This document shows, one piece after another, positions 46,622 to 53,815 of a stretch of DNA of 53,815 nucleotides. The stretch is taken from positions 1-53,815 of IMG/VR virus record IMGVR_UViG_3300045988_111174. One strand, given 5' to 3'. Origin of the DNA: a virus. The translations under genes and the position numbers were made by a program. A model generated the notes under the pieces. The model was given only the letters and a program-made list of their open reading frames with translations, searched no databases and had not been told where the DNA came from. How positions within the stretch are numbered: the first letter of the stretch is position 1; each line of letters begins with the position of its first letter.

Positions 46622-48044
46622 ACTCATCCTCCCAGTACTTGATACCATCTTTCGGTTTAAATGCAGTCCGGATTTTGCCATTTTTTGTTCCGACGACAAA
46701 CTCGTTCGTCGATACGCGATACTTTGAAATGCTTCCATCCGATCTCTTCATCACAAGTATATCATCAGATTCCTTTTGCTGCAAGAGATTTCGCGCGGCC
46801 TGTATGTATTCTTCCTGAGTTATACCGCCGTATTCCGCAAGATGCTTGTCGACGTGTTTTTTCAGCAACTCGGGTGTAGCAAATGCAGCCGCTTTGTATT
46901 TTTCCTTATCGGAAAGTTGTTCCGCAGTTTTCACCTGCCTGAATCCCGCCACATACATCCTCTTGTAGTCGGTCTCAAGCCCGGCGGCTTCGGTGATCCT
47001 GTCGTATCGATCCATCAGCGCGTTGATCTTCGCCTGAGCATCCCGGCGGGCGACGTCATCGCCGCTGGCCTTGGCGAGGTTCGCAATGTCCTTCTGGGCG
47101 CGGACGGCGGTCTCGATCTTCCGTTGCTCCTGCGTCCACTCGTATCGGCTCAGTGACCTGCCACCGATGTCGATGCGCTTGGAGCTGTTGCGGTTGATCT
47201 CCTCCAGCTCCCTGTCGCTGTGAGCCGGTTCGGACACGCCGAGGATGATGGGAAAGATCGTATGCTTACAGTTCCACATGCCAAAAGGGCGATCAAGCCG
47301 CGCCTGAAGCGCGTCGAACTCCTTTTGGCTGAACTGCCGTCCCTGATAGGGCAGATGATCCTCCGCGCACAGGTAATGCGCCGAAATCTCCACGCCGTCT
47401 GTGCCGTACTCCTTTCCGAGCTGGCGCAGGATGTCGTTGTTCAGCGCCCGCACGCCGTCGAGGACGTTCTGCCGCACCGCCGTGTCCAGCCGCCGGGAAG
47501 CGCCGGAGGGGTATTTGACGCGCAGTCCGTCCACAGCCGCCTTTTTCATGGCCGCACGGATGGCGCTGCGGTAGTCCACAGCGCCCGCCTGCACCGTCTG
47601 CACGGCCACATCCACCGCCGAGCGGTAGCTCTCAGACAGAATCGTGGTCTGGGACAGATTTTTGAACGCCTGCGCCGTCACGCGAAGCTGCGCCTTGAGG
47701 ATGCGCTCGATGGGCTTGGAGGCCTGCGCTGCGCCCTTGGCCGGCGCGGCATAGGCTTCGGCAAACCACTGGGCGGCGAACTGCTCGTCGCTCTCGGCCA
47801 CGGCGCGGAAGGTCTTTTCCAAGTCCTTCACGCTGATGTTCGCGGCCTTGGCGATCTCGCGCTTCATCCGCTTGACGTTCGTTCCGACGCGCCTGAGCTC
47901 CTTGAGCCGATGGACGTCCGTGGGCGACAGGCTCCCCATGTCCCGGAGGTGCTCCCCCATCAGGCGCAGATACTCGTCCGTGACCGCCTGCATGCGATCC
48001 TGATACAGCTTAAGCAGCGCCTCAAGCTGACGCTCCGAGAGCAT
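46602..48044 (-). CDS. Head morphogenesis protein (SPP1 gp7 / Mu F family) with an extra C-terminal domain of about 95 aa
   Basis: The MuF core is GVEISAHYLCAEDHLPYQGRQFS...FGMWNCKHTIFPII. The C-terminal extension is ELLKKHVDKHLAEYGGITQEEYIQAARNLL...KIRTAFKPKDGIKYWEDE. Confidence 0.8.
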   Translation of the reverse strand: MLSERQLEALLKLYQDRMQAVTDEYLRLMGEHLRDMGSLSPTDVHRLKELRRVGTNVKRMKREIAKAANISVKDLEKTFRAVAESDEQFAAQWFAEAYAAPAKGAAQASKPIERILKAQLRVTAQAFKNLSQTTILSESYRSAVDVAVQTVQAGAVDYRSAIRAAMKKAAVDGLRVKYPSGASRRLDTAVRQNVLDGVRALNNDILRQLGKEYGTDGVEISAHYLCAEDHLPYQGRQFSQKEFDALQARLDRPFGMWNCKHTIFPIILGVSEPAHSDRELEEINRNSSKRIDIGGRSLSRYEWTQEQRKIETAVRAQKDIANLAKASGDDVARRDAQAKINALMDRYDRITEAAGLETDYKRMYVAGFRQVKTAEQLSDKEKYKAAAFATPELLKKHVDKHLAEYGGITQEEYIQAARNLLQQKESDDILVMKRSDGSISKYRVSTNEFVVGTKNGKIRTAFKPKDGIKYWEDEYERNKD

Positions 48045-48046
48045 GG

Positions 48047-49438
48047 TTATTCATCTCCCGGCGAGGCGGCGCCGCTCAGGATGTCGTCGATGCTCTGCGT
48101 CGGCTCGTCGCCTTTGATCTTGTCCACCTCGTCGCGCACCATCTCGTCCGTCCAGCCGTCCGCGGCGTGGAGCATGCGCACCTTGGTCTCGGTGCTGGCG
48201 GCTCCGGCGGCCTCGGCGTACTGGGCCATCTGGGCGTTTTCCACGAGGTTTGCGGGCATGGCGCGGGTCATGGTGATCTTCACGTCGTCCACATTGAGCG
48301 CCGGATGCCCCTGCACCTTGCAAAAATTGGCGAAGAGCTTCAGGCGCGCTTTGAGGCCCTCTATAAACCACTGCTGCTTGACGTTGGTCATCTGCTCAAG
48401 GCCCCAGAGCTTGTATTTCATGGCCACGCCGGAGGCGTTGGAGGCGAACTCCCGGTCAGACAGGTCAGGAATCATACTCATCTTGTGGATATCCGCCATC
48501 AGCGCCGTCCGAAGCACCTCCACGTCGCTCTCGGTGAGCACGCCCTGAAGATACTCGGCCTTGGCCTGCAAATCCGGCAGGCAGAGCGCCTTGTCCTCCC
48601 GGAGCTGCTGCCACGGCGGGCGGCCCCGCTCGTCATCCTCGAGGGTACAGCCGGTCAGCAGCAGCAGCTTGTCCACAAACTGCTCCTTGTCGTTGACGCG
48701 GTCGGACTGGAGCTTGTCGTATGCGTCGATGAGCGGCAGCACCCACTCGAAGTCGCCGCGCTCGTCCTCGTCGTTCCAGTACTCGATCATGGGCACGCCG
48801 CCGAAATAATGCTGGGTCTCGCTGACGACCGTGACCGCGCTGGCCGATAGATCGGTCATGTGGCACTCCCGGACGCTCCGAGCGCCCATGAGATACACGC
48901 GCCAGCCGTCCGGATCGCCCTCCTCGGTGGTGTCCTGCGCGTAGTGCACGCCGAAGAGCGGCGTGTTGTGGTAATCGTCGTCGTAGACGACAAAAGCCTG
49001 CTCCGGCGACAGGGCCGCCACGCATGGAAGCACCTGCCTATCGTCGTTCTCCGACACATGCACGTATTCCACGCCGCGTCCGTAGATGGAGGCGTGGCGG
49101 GCGTTCTCCGCGTCGATGGAGGAAATAGAGCACTTGCTATAAGCGTCCGTGACGGGCTGCAGCGCGTCCTCGCCGCCGTCCACGGAGTAATTCACCGGCT
49201 GCCCGATGAGGTAGCCCGTGGCCACGGAGACGATGTAGCGCGCGTAGGGATGGGCGATGCGGTTGTTGGGCAGGCCCTTCTGCCGGACGCGGCGGGTGAT
49301 CTCGCTGTCGCCCCGGTAGTAGTCCGCCAGTTTGCCCAGCCGGGGAGCCTCGGCCAGATGCTCCGCCAGTACGCTGCGCAGCATGGCCGGAGAGGGCATG
49401 CCGGCCTCGTCCAGATAGCGCTTGGCGCGTGTAATCAT
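48047..49438 (-). CDS. Portal protein (SPP1 gp6-like)
   Basis: The 463-aa gene lies between terL and the MuF gene. The tail is acidic. Confidence 0.85.
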   Translation of the reverse strand: MITRAKRYLDEAGMPSPAMLRSVLAEHLAEAPRLGKLADYYRGDSEITRRVRQKGLPNNRIAHPYARYIVSVATGYLIGQPVNYSVDGGEDALQPVTDAYSKCSISSIDAENARHASIYGRGVEYVHVSENDDRQVLPCVAALSPEQAFVVYDDDYHNTPLFGVHYAQDTTEEGDPDGWRVYLMGARSVRECHMTDLSASAVTVVSETQHYFGGVPMIEYWNDEDERGDFEWVLPLIDAYDKLQSDRVNDKEQFVDKLLLLTGCTLEDDERGRPPWQQLREDKALCLPDLQAKAEYLQGVLTESDVEVLRTALMADIHKMSMIPDLSDREFASNASGVAMKYKLWGLEQMTNVKQQWFIEGLKARLKLFANFCKVQGHPALNVDDVKITMTRAMPANLVENAQMAQYAEAAGAASTETKVRMLHAADGWTDEMVRDEVDKIKGDEPTQSIDDILSGAASPGDE

Positions 49439-49453
49439 GTTGTCACCTCTTGC

Positions 49454-50719
49454 TTAGTAGATGTCCGAGCGCGTCGTTGCAACTCTGCGCCCGATTTCCG
49501 GCTCCAGCGCATAGCGTGAGGAGTCGATGCAGTGGTTGTCCTTATCCGGATACGCGGGCAGGAAATTCCCGTTTTTGTCCTGCAGATACTCGTATTTCTG
49601 GAATTCCCTCGCGATGTTGGGCGTTCGCCGCGGGTCGGCCACGATTGCGCCCAGATCCTCCAGCCATCGCATGCCGTGCTCCACGCTGCCCGCGCCCTTG
49701 CGCACGCCCACGGCGGTGATTCCGCGCCGCTTCAGCTCGGAAATCATCCGCGGGTCGGCGCTGTCGCAGCGCACGACCTCCCGGCCCGCCAGAGCGGAGA
49801 CCTTTTCCGCCAGCGTGTCGATGTTGGTGTGGGAGCCGTAGTATTCGGCGACGGCATACAGCCTGCGCGTCCTGCGGCTGTAGGCCCAGCGGGTAAAAGC
49901 GTCCGGATCGGTGGCAAATCCGAAGTCGAGACCGTTGTAAAAGGTCTCAAACGTGTTGATTTCCTCGTCGCTGATCTCCCGCAGCTCCAAGTTGTCGAAC
50001 ACGTTGCCGCCGGTGCCCGTGACCTCGCCCAGGTACTCGTTGCGGTAGGCGCGCTCGTTGGTCTCGCGGATGCTGTCGGCGAGGGAAATAAATTCCTGTC
50101 CGAGCCACGTCGTCGGAACGTCAAGATAGGTCGAGTGATGGACGAGTCGCCGAGGCTCGTCCTTCTGGGCCTCCTCGTTTACCCAAGTATTCGCCGTTTT
50201 GGGAGGGTTATAGCTATAAAACGTATAGCCGTGTTCAACGCCGCGGAACACCGACTGCTTAATCATGCGGATGTCCTGCGGGCTGCGGAATTCCGTCAGC
50301 TCCTCAAACCACAAAAATTTGAAATAGCCCTTTGTCAGTTTGATGGACTTGGACTTGACGGGATCGTCGGCCCCGCGGAACATGATGCGCTGCCCTGTGC
50401 TCTTGAGTATGATCTCATACGGCGAGCGCCGGAACTGGAACAGCGGAGTGAGGCGCATCGCCTCTATCGCCCAGACCATCTGGGCGTATACGCTGTCCTT
50501 GATGGTGTTTCCCACGCGGCGATAGATGATCGCGTTGGCGCTGTGATCCTGCAAAAGGCCAAGCACGATCTGCGTGGAGATGAAGGACGATTTTGTCGAG
50601 CTTCTGCCGCCCTTGAGCAGGTACTCTCGATGGCCTCCGCGCTGGATGTCGCTCATGACGGGGACGAAGGTCGGGGCGATCAGATCGTTGATGCGAATCT
50701 GCTCACGCATCCTGCGCAC
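49454..50719 (-). CDS. terL: Terminase large subunit (PBSX/Terminase_3-like)
   Basis: The Walker A-like motif is LLKGGRSSTKSS. The Walker B-like motif is FKFLWFEEL. The nuclease domain contains DFGF..DP and NHCIDSSRYAL. Confidence 0.9.
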   Translation of the reverse strand: MRRMREQIRINDLIAPTFVPVMSDIQRGGHREYLLKGGRSSTKSSFISTQIVLGLLQDHSANAIIYRRVGNTIKDSVYAQMVWAIEAMRLTPLFQFRRSPYEIILKSTGQRIMFRGADDPVKSKSIKLTKGYFKFLWFEELTEFRSPQDIRMIKQSVFRGVEHGYTFYSYNPPKTANTWVNEEAQKDEPRRLVHHSTYLDVPTTWLGQEFISLADSIRETNERAYRNEYLGEVTGTGGNVFDNLELREISDEEINTFETFYNGLDFGFATDPDAFTRWAYSRRTRRLYAVAEYYGSHTNIDTLAEKVSALAGREVVRCDSADPRMISELKRRGITAVGVRKGAGSVEHGMRWLEDLGAIVADPRRTPNIAREFQKYEYLQDKNGNFLPAYPDKDNHCIDSSRYALEPEIGRRVATTRSDIY

Positions 50720-51173
50720 CCTCTTCGCCGTCGCACTGGATGATGATCTGGGGCAGCGACTCGGAATCCGGCTGGCCCGTGCGCTGCTTGTCGTATTCCA
50801 GGCGTTCCCGTTCCAGCTTGAGTTTGTCGCGCTCGAGCTGGAGCTTCGCGTCGATGTCGCCCGCCATCTCCATGAGCATTTTACTCGCCTGCAAATCGCC
50901 CTTCATGGCCTTCTGCGCGATGGCCAGCACGGAGATGAGCCGGATGTCCGGGATTTCGTTCGGCGACAGGCCCATTTTCTCAAGCGCCTTTCGCAGGTTG
51001 CTCGGGAGATCGGGTTCAAGGCCGAGGACGAATTTCGCCGCCTGCTTGGTGCTGCGCTTTTTACGCCTCGCCTCGCCGCTGGCGATTCCTCCCATGCGCC
51101 CGATCCTTCTCCGTTCCTCCTCACTTCTCCGATTGGACGGAATGAGGTTCGCGGAATTATCTGCACGAGCCAT
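50703..51173 (-). CDS. terS: Terminase small subunit
   Basis: The N-terminus is basic (RSEEERRRIGRMGGIASGEARRKK). The gene overlaps the terL start by 17 nt. AAGGAGG lies upstream. Confidence 0.7.
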   Translation of the reverse strand: MARADNSANLIPSNRRSEEERRRIGRMGGIASGEARRKKRSTKQAAKFVLGLEPDLPSNLRKALEKMGLSPNEIPDIRLISVLAIAQKAMKGDLQASKMLMEMAGDIDAKLQLERDKLKLERERLEYDKQRTGQPDSESLPQIIIQCDGEEGAQDA

Positions 51174-51219
51174 TTTCGCTGCCTCCTTTCGTGTAGAATA
51201 TTGGCTTCATGCAGAGGTT

Positions 51220-51825
51220 TTACAGGGCGGCAGCCGCCTGTTTTTTCATCAGCTCATCTGCGCGGTAGAGGCGCTTGAGCGTTCCGTTTTCGTGTAGGAT
51301 TTCCGCGAGAGCGCCCTTTTCGCCTTCATTGGCGCAGGTGATCACGATGGCAAACGCTCTCAGAACTTCGTTCTCGGCCTCCTGCTGGTATTCTTTGAAT
51401 TCTTCCTTATCGAGCTTTTCAGGGACGGCATCCGGCATTCCGTATTCCGTCTGCTCGTACTCGTTAAAGCCCGTAAGATTCAGGTCAAAGTCCTCCGCCT
51501 GAAGTCCTTCAAATTCCCGCTGTAGGGCTTCGTAATCCCATCCGGCAAGCTCCGAGGTTTTATTATCCGCGATGCGGAACGCTCGAATCTGGGCGGGCGT
51601 GAGCTCGTCTACGGTGATTGTGGGGACTTCTTCGAGGCCGAGAAGCATCGCAGCTTTCAGTCTTGCATGGCCGCACACGATGACGTTATCTGCGTCGAGG
51701 ATGATTGGGTTTTTGAAGCCGAATTCGCGGATGGATTCCGCAATGACTTCTGCTGCCTCGTTATTTTCTCTGGGGTTATTTTCGTATGGAATAATCTCAG
51801 AGATACGCTTCATGGTAATATCCAT
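51220..51825 (-). CDS. ParB-like N-terminal (ParB/Srx) domain protein, paralogue 2
   Basis: IIPYENNPRENNEAAEVIAESIREFGFKNPIILDADNVIVCGHARLKAAMLLGL..DELTPAQIRAFRIADNK. By eye it is about half identical to the 190..843 product over the domain. Confidence 0.85.
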   Translation of the reverse strand: MDITMKRISEIIPYENNPRENNEAAEVIAESIREFGFKNPIILDADNVIVCGHARLKAAMLLGLEEVPTITVDELTPAQIRAFRIADNKTSELAGWDYEALQREFEGLQAEDFDLNLTGFNEYEQTEYGMPDAVPEKLDKEEFKEYQQEAENEVLRAFAIVITCANEGEKGALAEILHENGTLKRLYRADELMKKQAAAAL

Positions 51826-51873
51826 ATATATCTTATATACCTTCCTCTTATATTATTAAGTTACTTAGGGCGG

Positions 51874-53157
51874 TCAGCAGCCGCCGCAGCCGATACAGTG
51901 ATTGCCGCATGGAACGTAGGTCACGCTCTCGTTGTACGTGTAGACGACGTCGCCGTGCTCGTCCTTGCCTGCCGGGCGCATGATGCCGTTGAAGAGCTTG
52001 TACGGACTCTGTCCGGCGTAGGGGTTATTCCAGAGATAGCGGAGATAGTCGCGCATGGTCATGAACTCGTACTTTGCCCGGGTCTCCGTGCTGTTGCAGT
52101 TGTAGCCCTCGGCCTTGCACCACTGGAAATCCAGAAATCCCATGTCCGCGTCGATCTCGTGGAAATGGACGGAGCCGTTTTTGCGGCAGAGCTGCAGCGC
52201 GTAGGAGAAGTTACCGCGGGAGTAGTCCCAGCCCTCCGGCAGGCCGCAGCAGCAGGAGTTGTCGCAGGCCTCTTTGTAGTGTGCGTCGGAGACGTAGAAG
52301 CGCATGCCGAGCTTGTGGCAGAGGGTGTCCATCTCTTGGATGTATTTCTCCTTTACCTTGCGGTTCAGCCTGAGATAGCCGTTTCCGACGCTGTATTTTT
52401 TATAATAGTCATACAGGTCAAAGCCGGCGCACTTGGAGATGGTCTTGCAATGCTCCCGGCCCATAAGGCTGCGCGCCTCGAGGCAGAAAAACTCGGTGGT
52501 GACGGCGGTGGCTCCAGCGTCGTGCGCCGCTACGATCAGGTCTTTGTAGTCGCGGCTGGACACGCCGATGATGAACGGTCTGAGTCGGAGCGTTGCGCCG
52601 CCCTTGTTCATCTTGGCGTAATTGGCCATTGCCTCCAGACGCTTCTTTGGGCTGGGAACGCCCTGCTCGATCTTCCGGGCCTTCTTTTCGTCCAGTGTGA
52701 TGATGGAGAACTTCATGTTCCAGTTGTCCTGACCTTCAAAGCACTCGATGTATCTCGGGTCAGAAAACACCCATGCGGACTTGGTGGAGAAGCAGATCGG
52801 GTAATTCAGCGTCTTTAGGAATTGCAGAATCTCCAGCGTTACGCCGTACTTGCGCTCAAACTCGTCGAATTCGTCGGAGAGGCCTCCCCACTGGATGGGG
52901 CGGCGGGCCATCAGCCACGGCGTGAACTGGCTCTGTTTTTCGCCGGTGAACAGCCGGCGGATTTTCTCCGGGTCGACGCTCTTGACCTCCTTGGCGAGGT
53001 ATTTCTCCCTGCTCTTTCCTAGTCCGCGCTGGAACTGGGAGAAGCAGTAGACGCAGCCGAAAGAGCAGTTGCTGTATGTGTCAAAGGTTACGGGCAGGCT
53101 GCAATCGGCGATTTCGTTCGTCCATCGCGGGCTGCCATAACCAGTCGGGCATTTCAT
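51874..53157 (-). CDS. Radical SAM enzyme, SplB/COG1533-like (DNA-directed type suspected) with an extra C-terminal Cys cluster
   Basis: FDTYSNCSFGCVYCFSQ carries the CxxxCxxC radical-SAM motif in the Y.GC..gC.YC context of COG1533. CCCGLPEGW is present, and the protein ends with CGNHCIGCGGC. AGGAGG lies upstream. Confidence 0.7.
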   Translation of the reverse strand: MKCPTGYGSPRWTNEIADCSLPVTFDTYSNCSFGCVYCFSQFQRGLGKSREKYLAKEVKSVDPEKIRRLFTGEKQSQFTPWLMARRPIQWGGLSDEFDEFERKYGVTLEILQFLKTLNYPICFSTKSAWVFSDPRYIECFEGQDNWNMKFSIITLDEKKARKIEQGVPSPKKRLEAMANYAKMNKGGATLRLRPFIIGVSSRDYKDLIVAAHDAGATAVTTEFFCLEARSLMGREHCKTISKCAGFDLYDYYKKYSVGNGYLRLNRKVKEKYIQEMDTLCHKLGMRFYVSDAHYKEACDNSCCCGLPEGWDYSRGNFSYALQLCRKNGSVHFHEIDADMGFLDFQWCKAEGYNCNSTETRAKYEFMTMRDYLRYLWNNPYAGQSPYKLFNGIMRPAGKDEHGDVVYTYNESVTYVPCGNHCIGCGGC

Positions 53158-53191
53158 GGGGGCACCTCCTGTGTTTTTGGGAAAATACGGC

Positions 53192-53815
53192 TTATCGACG
53201 GATTTGCAGAATCTCGCCGACCTTGTTGGGATTGTGCTTTACCTGCTCGGGGAATTCGCTGACAAGGAGCATGGCCGAGTAGAGGTTTTTGTCGCTCTTC
53301 CAAGCCTCCTGACAGCCGCCTTTTGTGTAATGGCTGGCGTATGGAGACACGCTGTTCAGCCGAAAAACGGGCTTTCCGTCGCTGATCTGCCGGAGGATAT
53401 ACGCGTAGTCCTCTTTGGTCTCGTAGCGCTCGTCAAAGAGCTGGCCGTCAAAAATGATTCCAAACACCGTCCCGATAAACAGTTTGTTTTTGGAGATTGA
53501 GCCGTTATTCTGAACTGCTCCGTAGATCATGCGCTCATTGTGGACGCTGTACGCGCCAAATACGTGACCATTATGGGCCTCGCAGATGGCAAAAGCGGCG
53601 TTCAGGACTTTTTCCAGCGCCGCTTTCTGTTGGATTTTTTCAAAGCGCCCGAATGGATGCTTTGCGTCCTTGAGGCAGATCAGACGGTCAATGCTCGCGA
53701 TGTCGTCGTCCAGCATTACGGCCTTTTCGCCGATTTTCAGCGTTTTCAGCAGGTGATTGCGATTGCCGGAGACATTGTGGGCCTCGCCGTAGATGATCCT
53801 TGCGCGGTCGCCGTA
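53192..53815 (-). CDS. GT-A-like glycosyltransferase, C-terminal part (upstream part is at 193..1; 53761..53815 duplicates 1..55)
   Basis: The frame is open to the window end (..GNRNHLLKTLKIGEKAVMLDDDIASIDRL..). It joins the 1..193 fragment in frame across the 55-nt overlap. Confidence 0.6.
   Translation of the reverse strand, partial: YGDRARIIYGEAHNVSGNRNHLLKTLKIGEKAVMLDDDIASIDRLICLKDAKHPFGRFEKIQQKAALEKVLNAAFAICEAHNGHVFGAYSVHNERMIYGAVQNNGSISKNKLFIGTVFGIIFDGQLFDERYETKEDYAYILRQISDGKPVFRLNSVSPYASHYTKGGCQEAWKSDKNLYSAMLLVSEFPEQVKHNPNKVGEILQIRR
53761..53815. repeat. Terminal direct repeat copy 2 (exact copy of 1..55)
   Basis: See copy 1. Confidence 0.95.

Larger units (their letters stand above)
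1..53815. mobile_element. Complete temperate siphovirus-like phage genome, circularly closed assembly (about 53,760 bp unique)
   Basis: All phage modules sit on one replicon. Lysogeny: integrase, CI/Cro-like HTHs, antirepressor. Replication and recombination: DnaB, DnaD-like, RecT, SSB, RuvC-like. Packaging: TerS, TerL, portal, MuF. Capsid, tail (TMP, Dit, 1617-aa tail protein, fibre) and lysis (endolysin, XhlA, holin) are also present. The window ends are identical over 55 nt. Confidence 0.85.

Overview
The window is a complete genome of a temperate, siphovirus-like tailed phage, or an excised prophage, from a GC-rich Firmicute (Clostridia-like) host. The first 55 nt are repeated exactly at the end. 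The contig is therefore a circularly closed assembly of about 53,760 unique bp that was linearised inside a gene. About 80 genes are present, almost all on the minus strand.

In transcription order the genome contains:
- An early and lysogeny region at about 16.8-24.2 kb. It holds a tyrosine integrase, CI/Cro-like repressors, several more small XRE HTH genes, a Bro-N/KilAC antirepressor, and two large arrays of TGCAATGCA-type repeats flanking an A/T-tract core.
- A recombination and replication block: Rad50/SbcC-like ATPase, RecT, MBL hydrolase, DnaD-like loader, DnaB, RuvC-like resolvase, SSB, MazG and a divergent ThyX-fold protein.
- A late regulator and a structured leader.
- A late operon that opens with an unusual enzyme set (HKD/PLD protein, ParB-N, GT-A glycosyltransferase, SplB-like radical SAM, second ParB-N). 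TerS, TerL, portal, MuF, head, tail and lysis genes follow.

Three autonomous accessory units lie between the lysis cassette and attP/integrase:
- A three-gene cassette with a consensus promoter, an operator and a terminal HTH gene.
- A stand-alone structured small RNA with its own consensus promoter and terminator.
- A five-gene island of Gln-rich, Cys-rich, YjcZ-like and jelly-roll-like proteins.

The leads I rank highest are the radical-SAM/glycosyltransferase/ParB-N cluster as a candidate DNA hypermodification system, the spore-surface-like cargo island, the orphan sRNA and the iteron arrays. All functional calls come from motif recognition by eye. No database search was possible.
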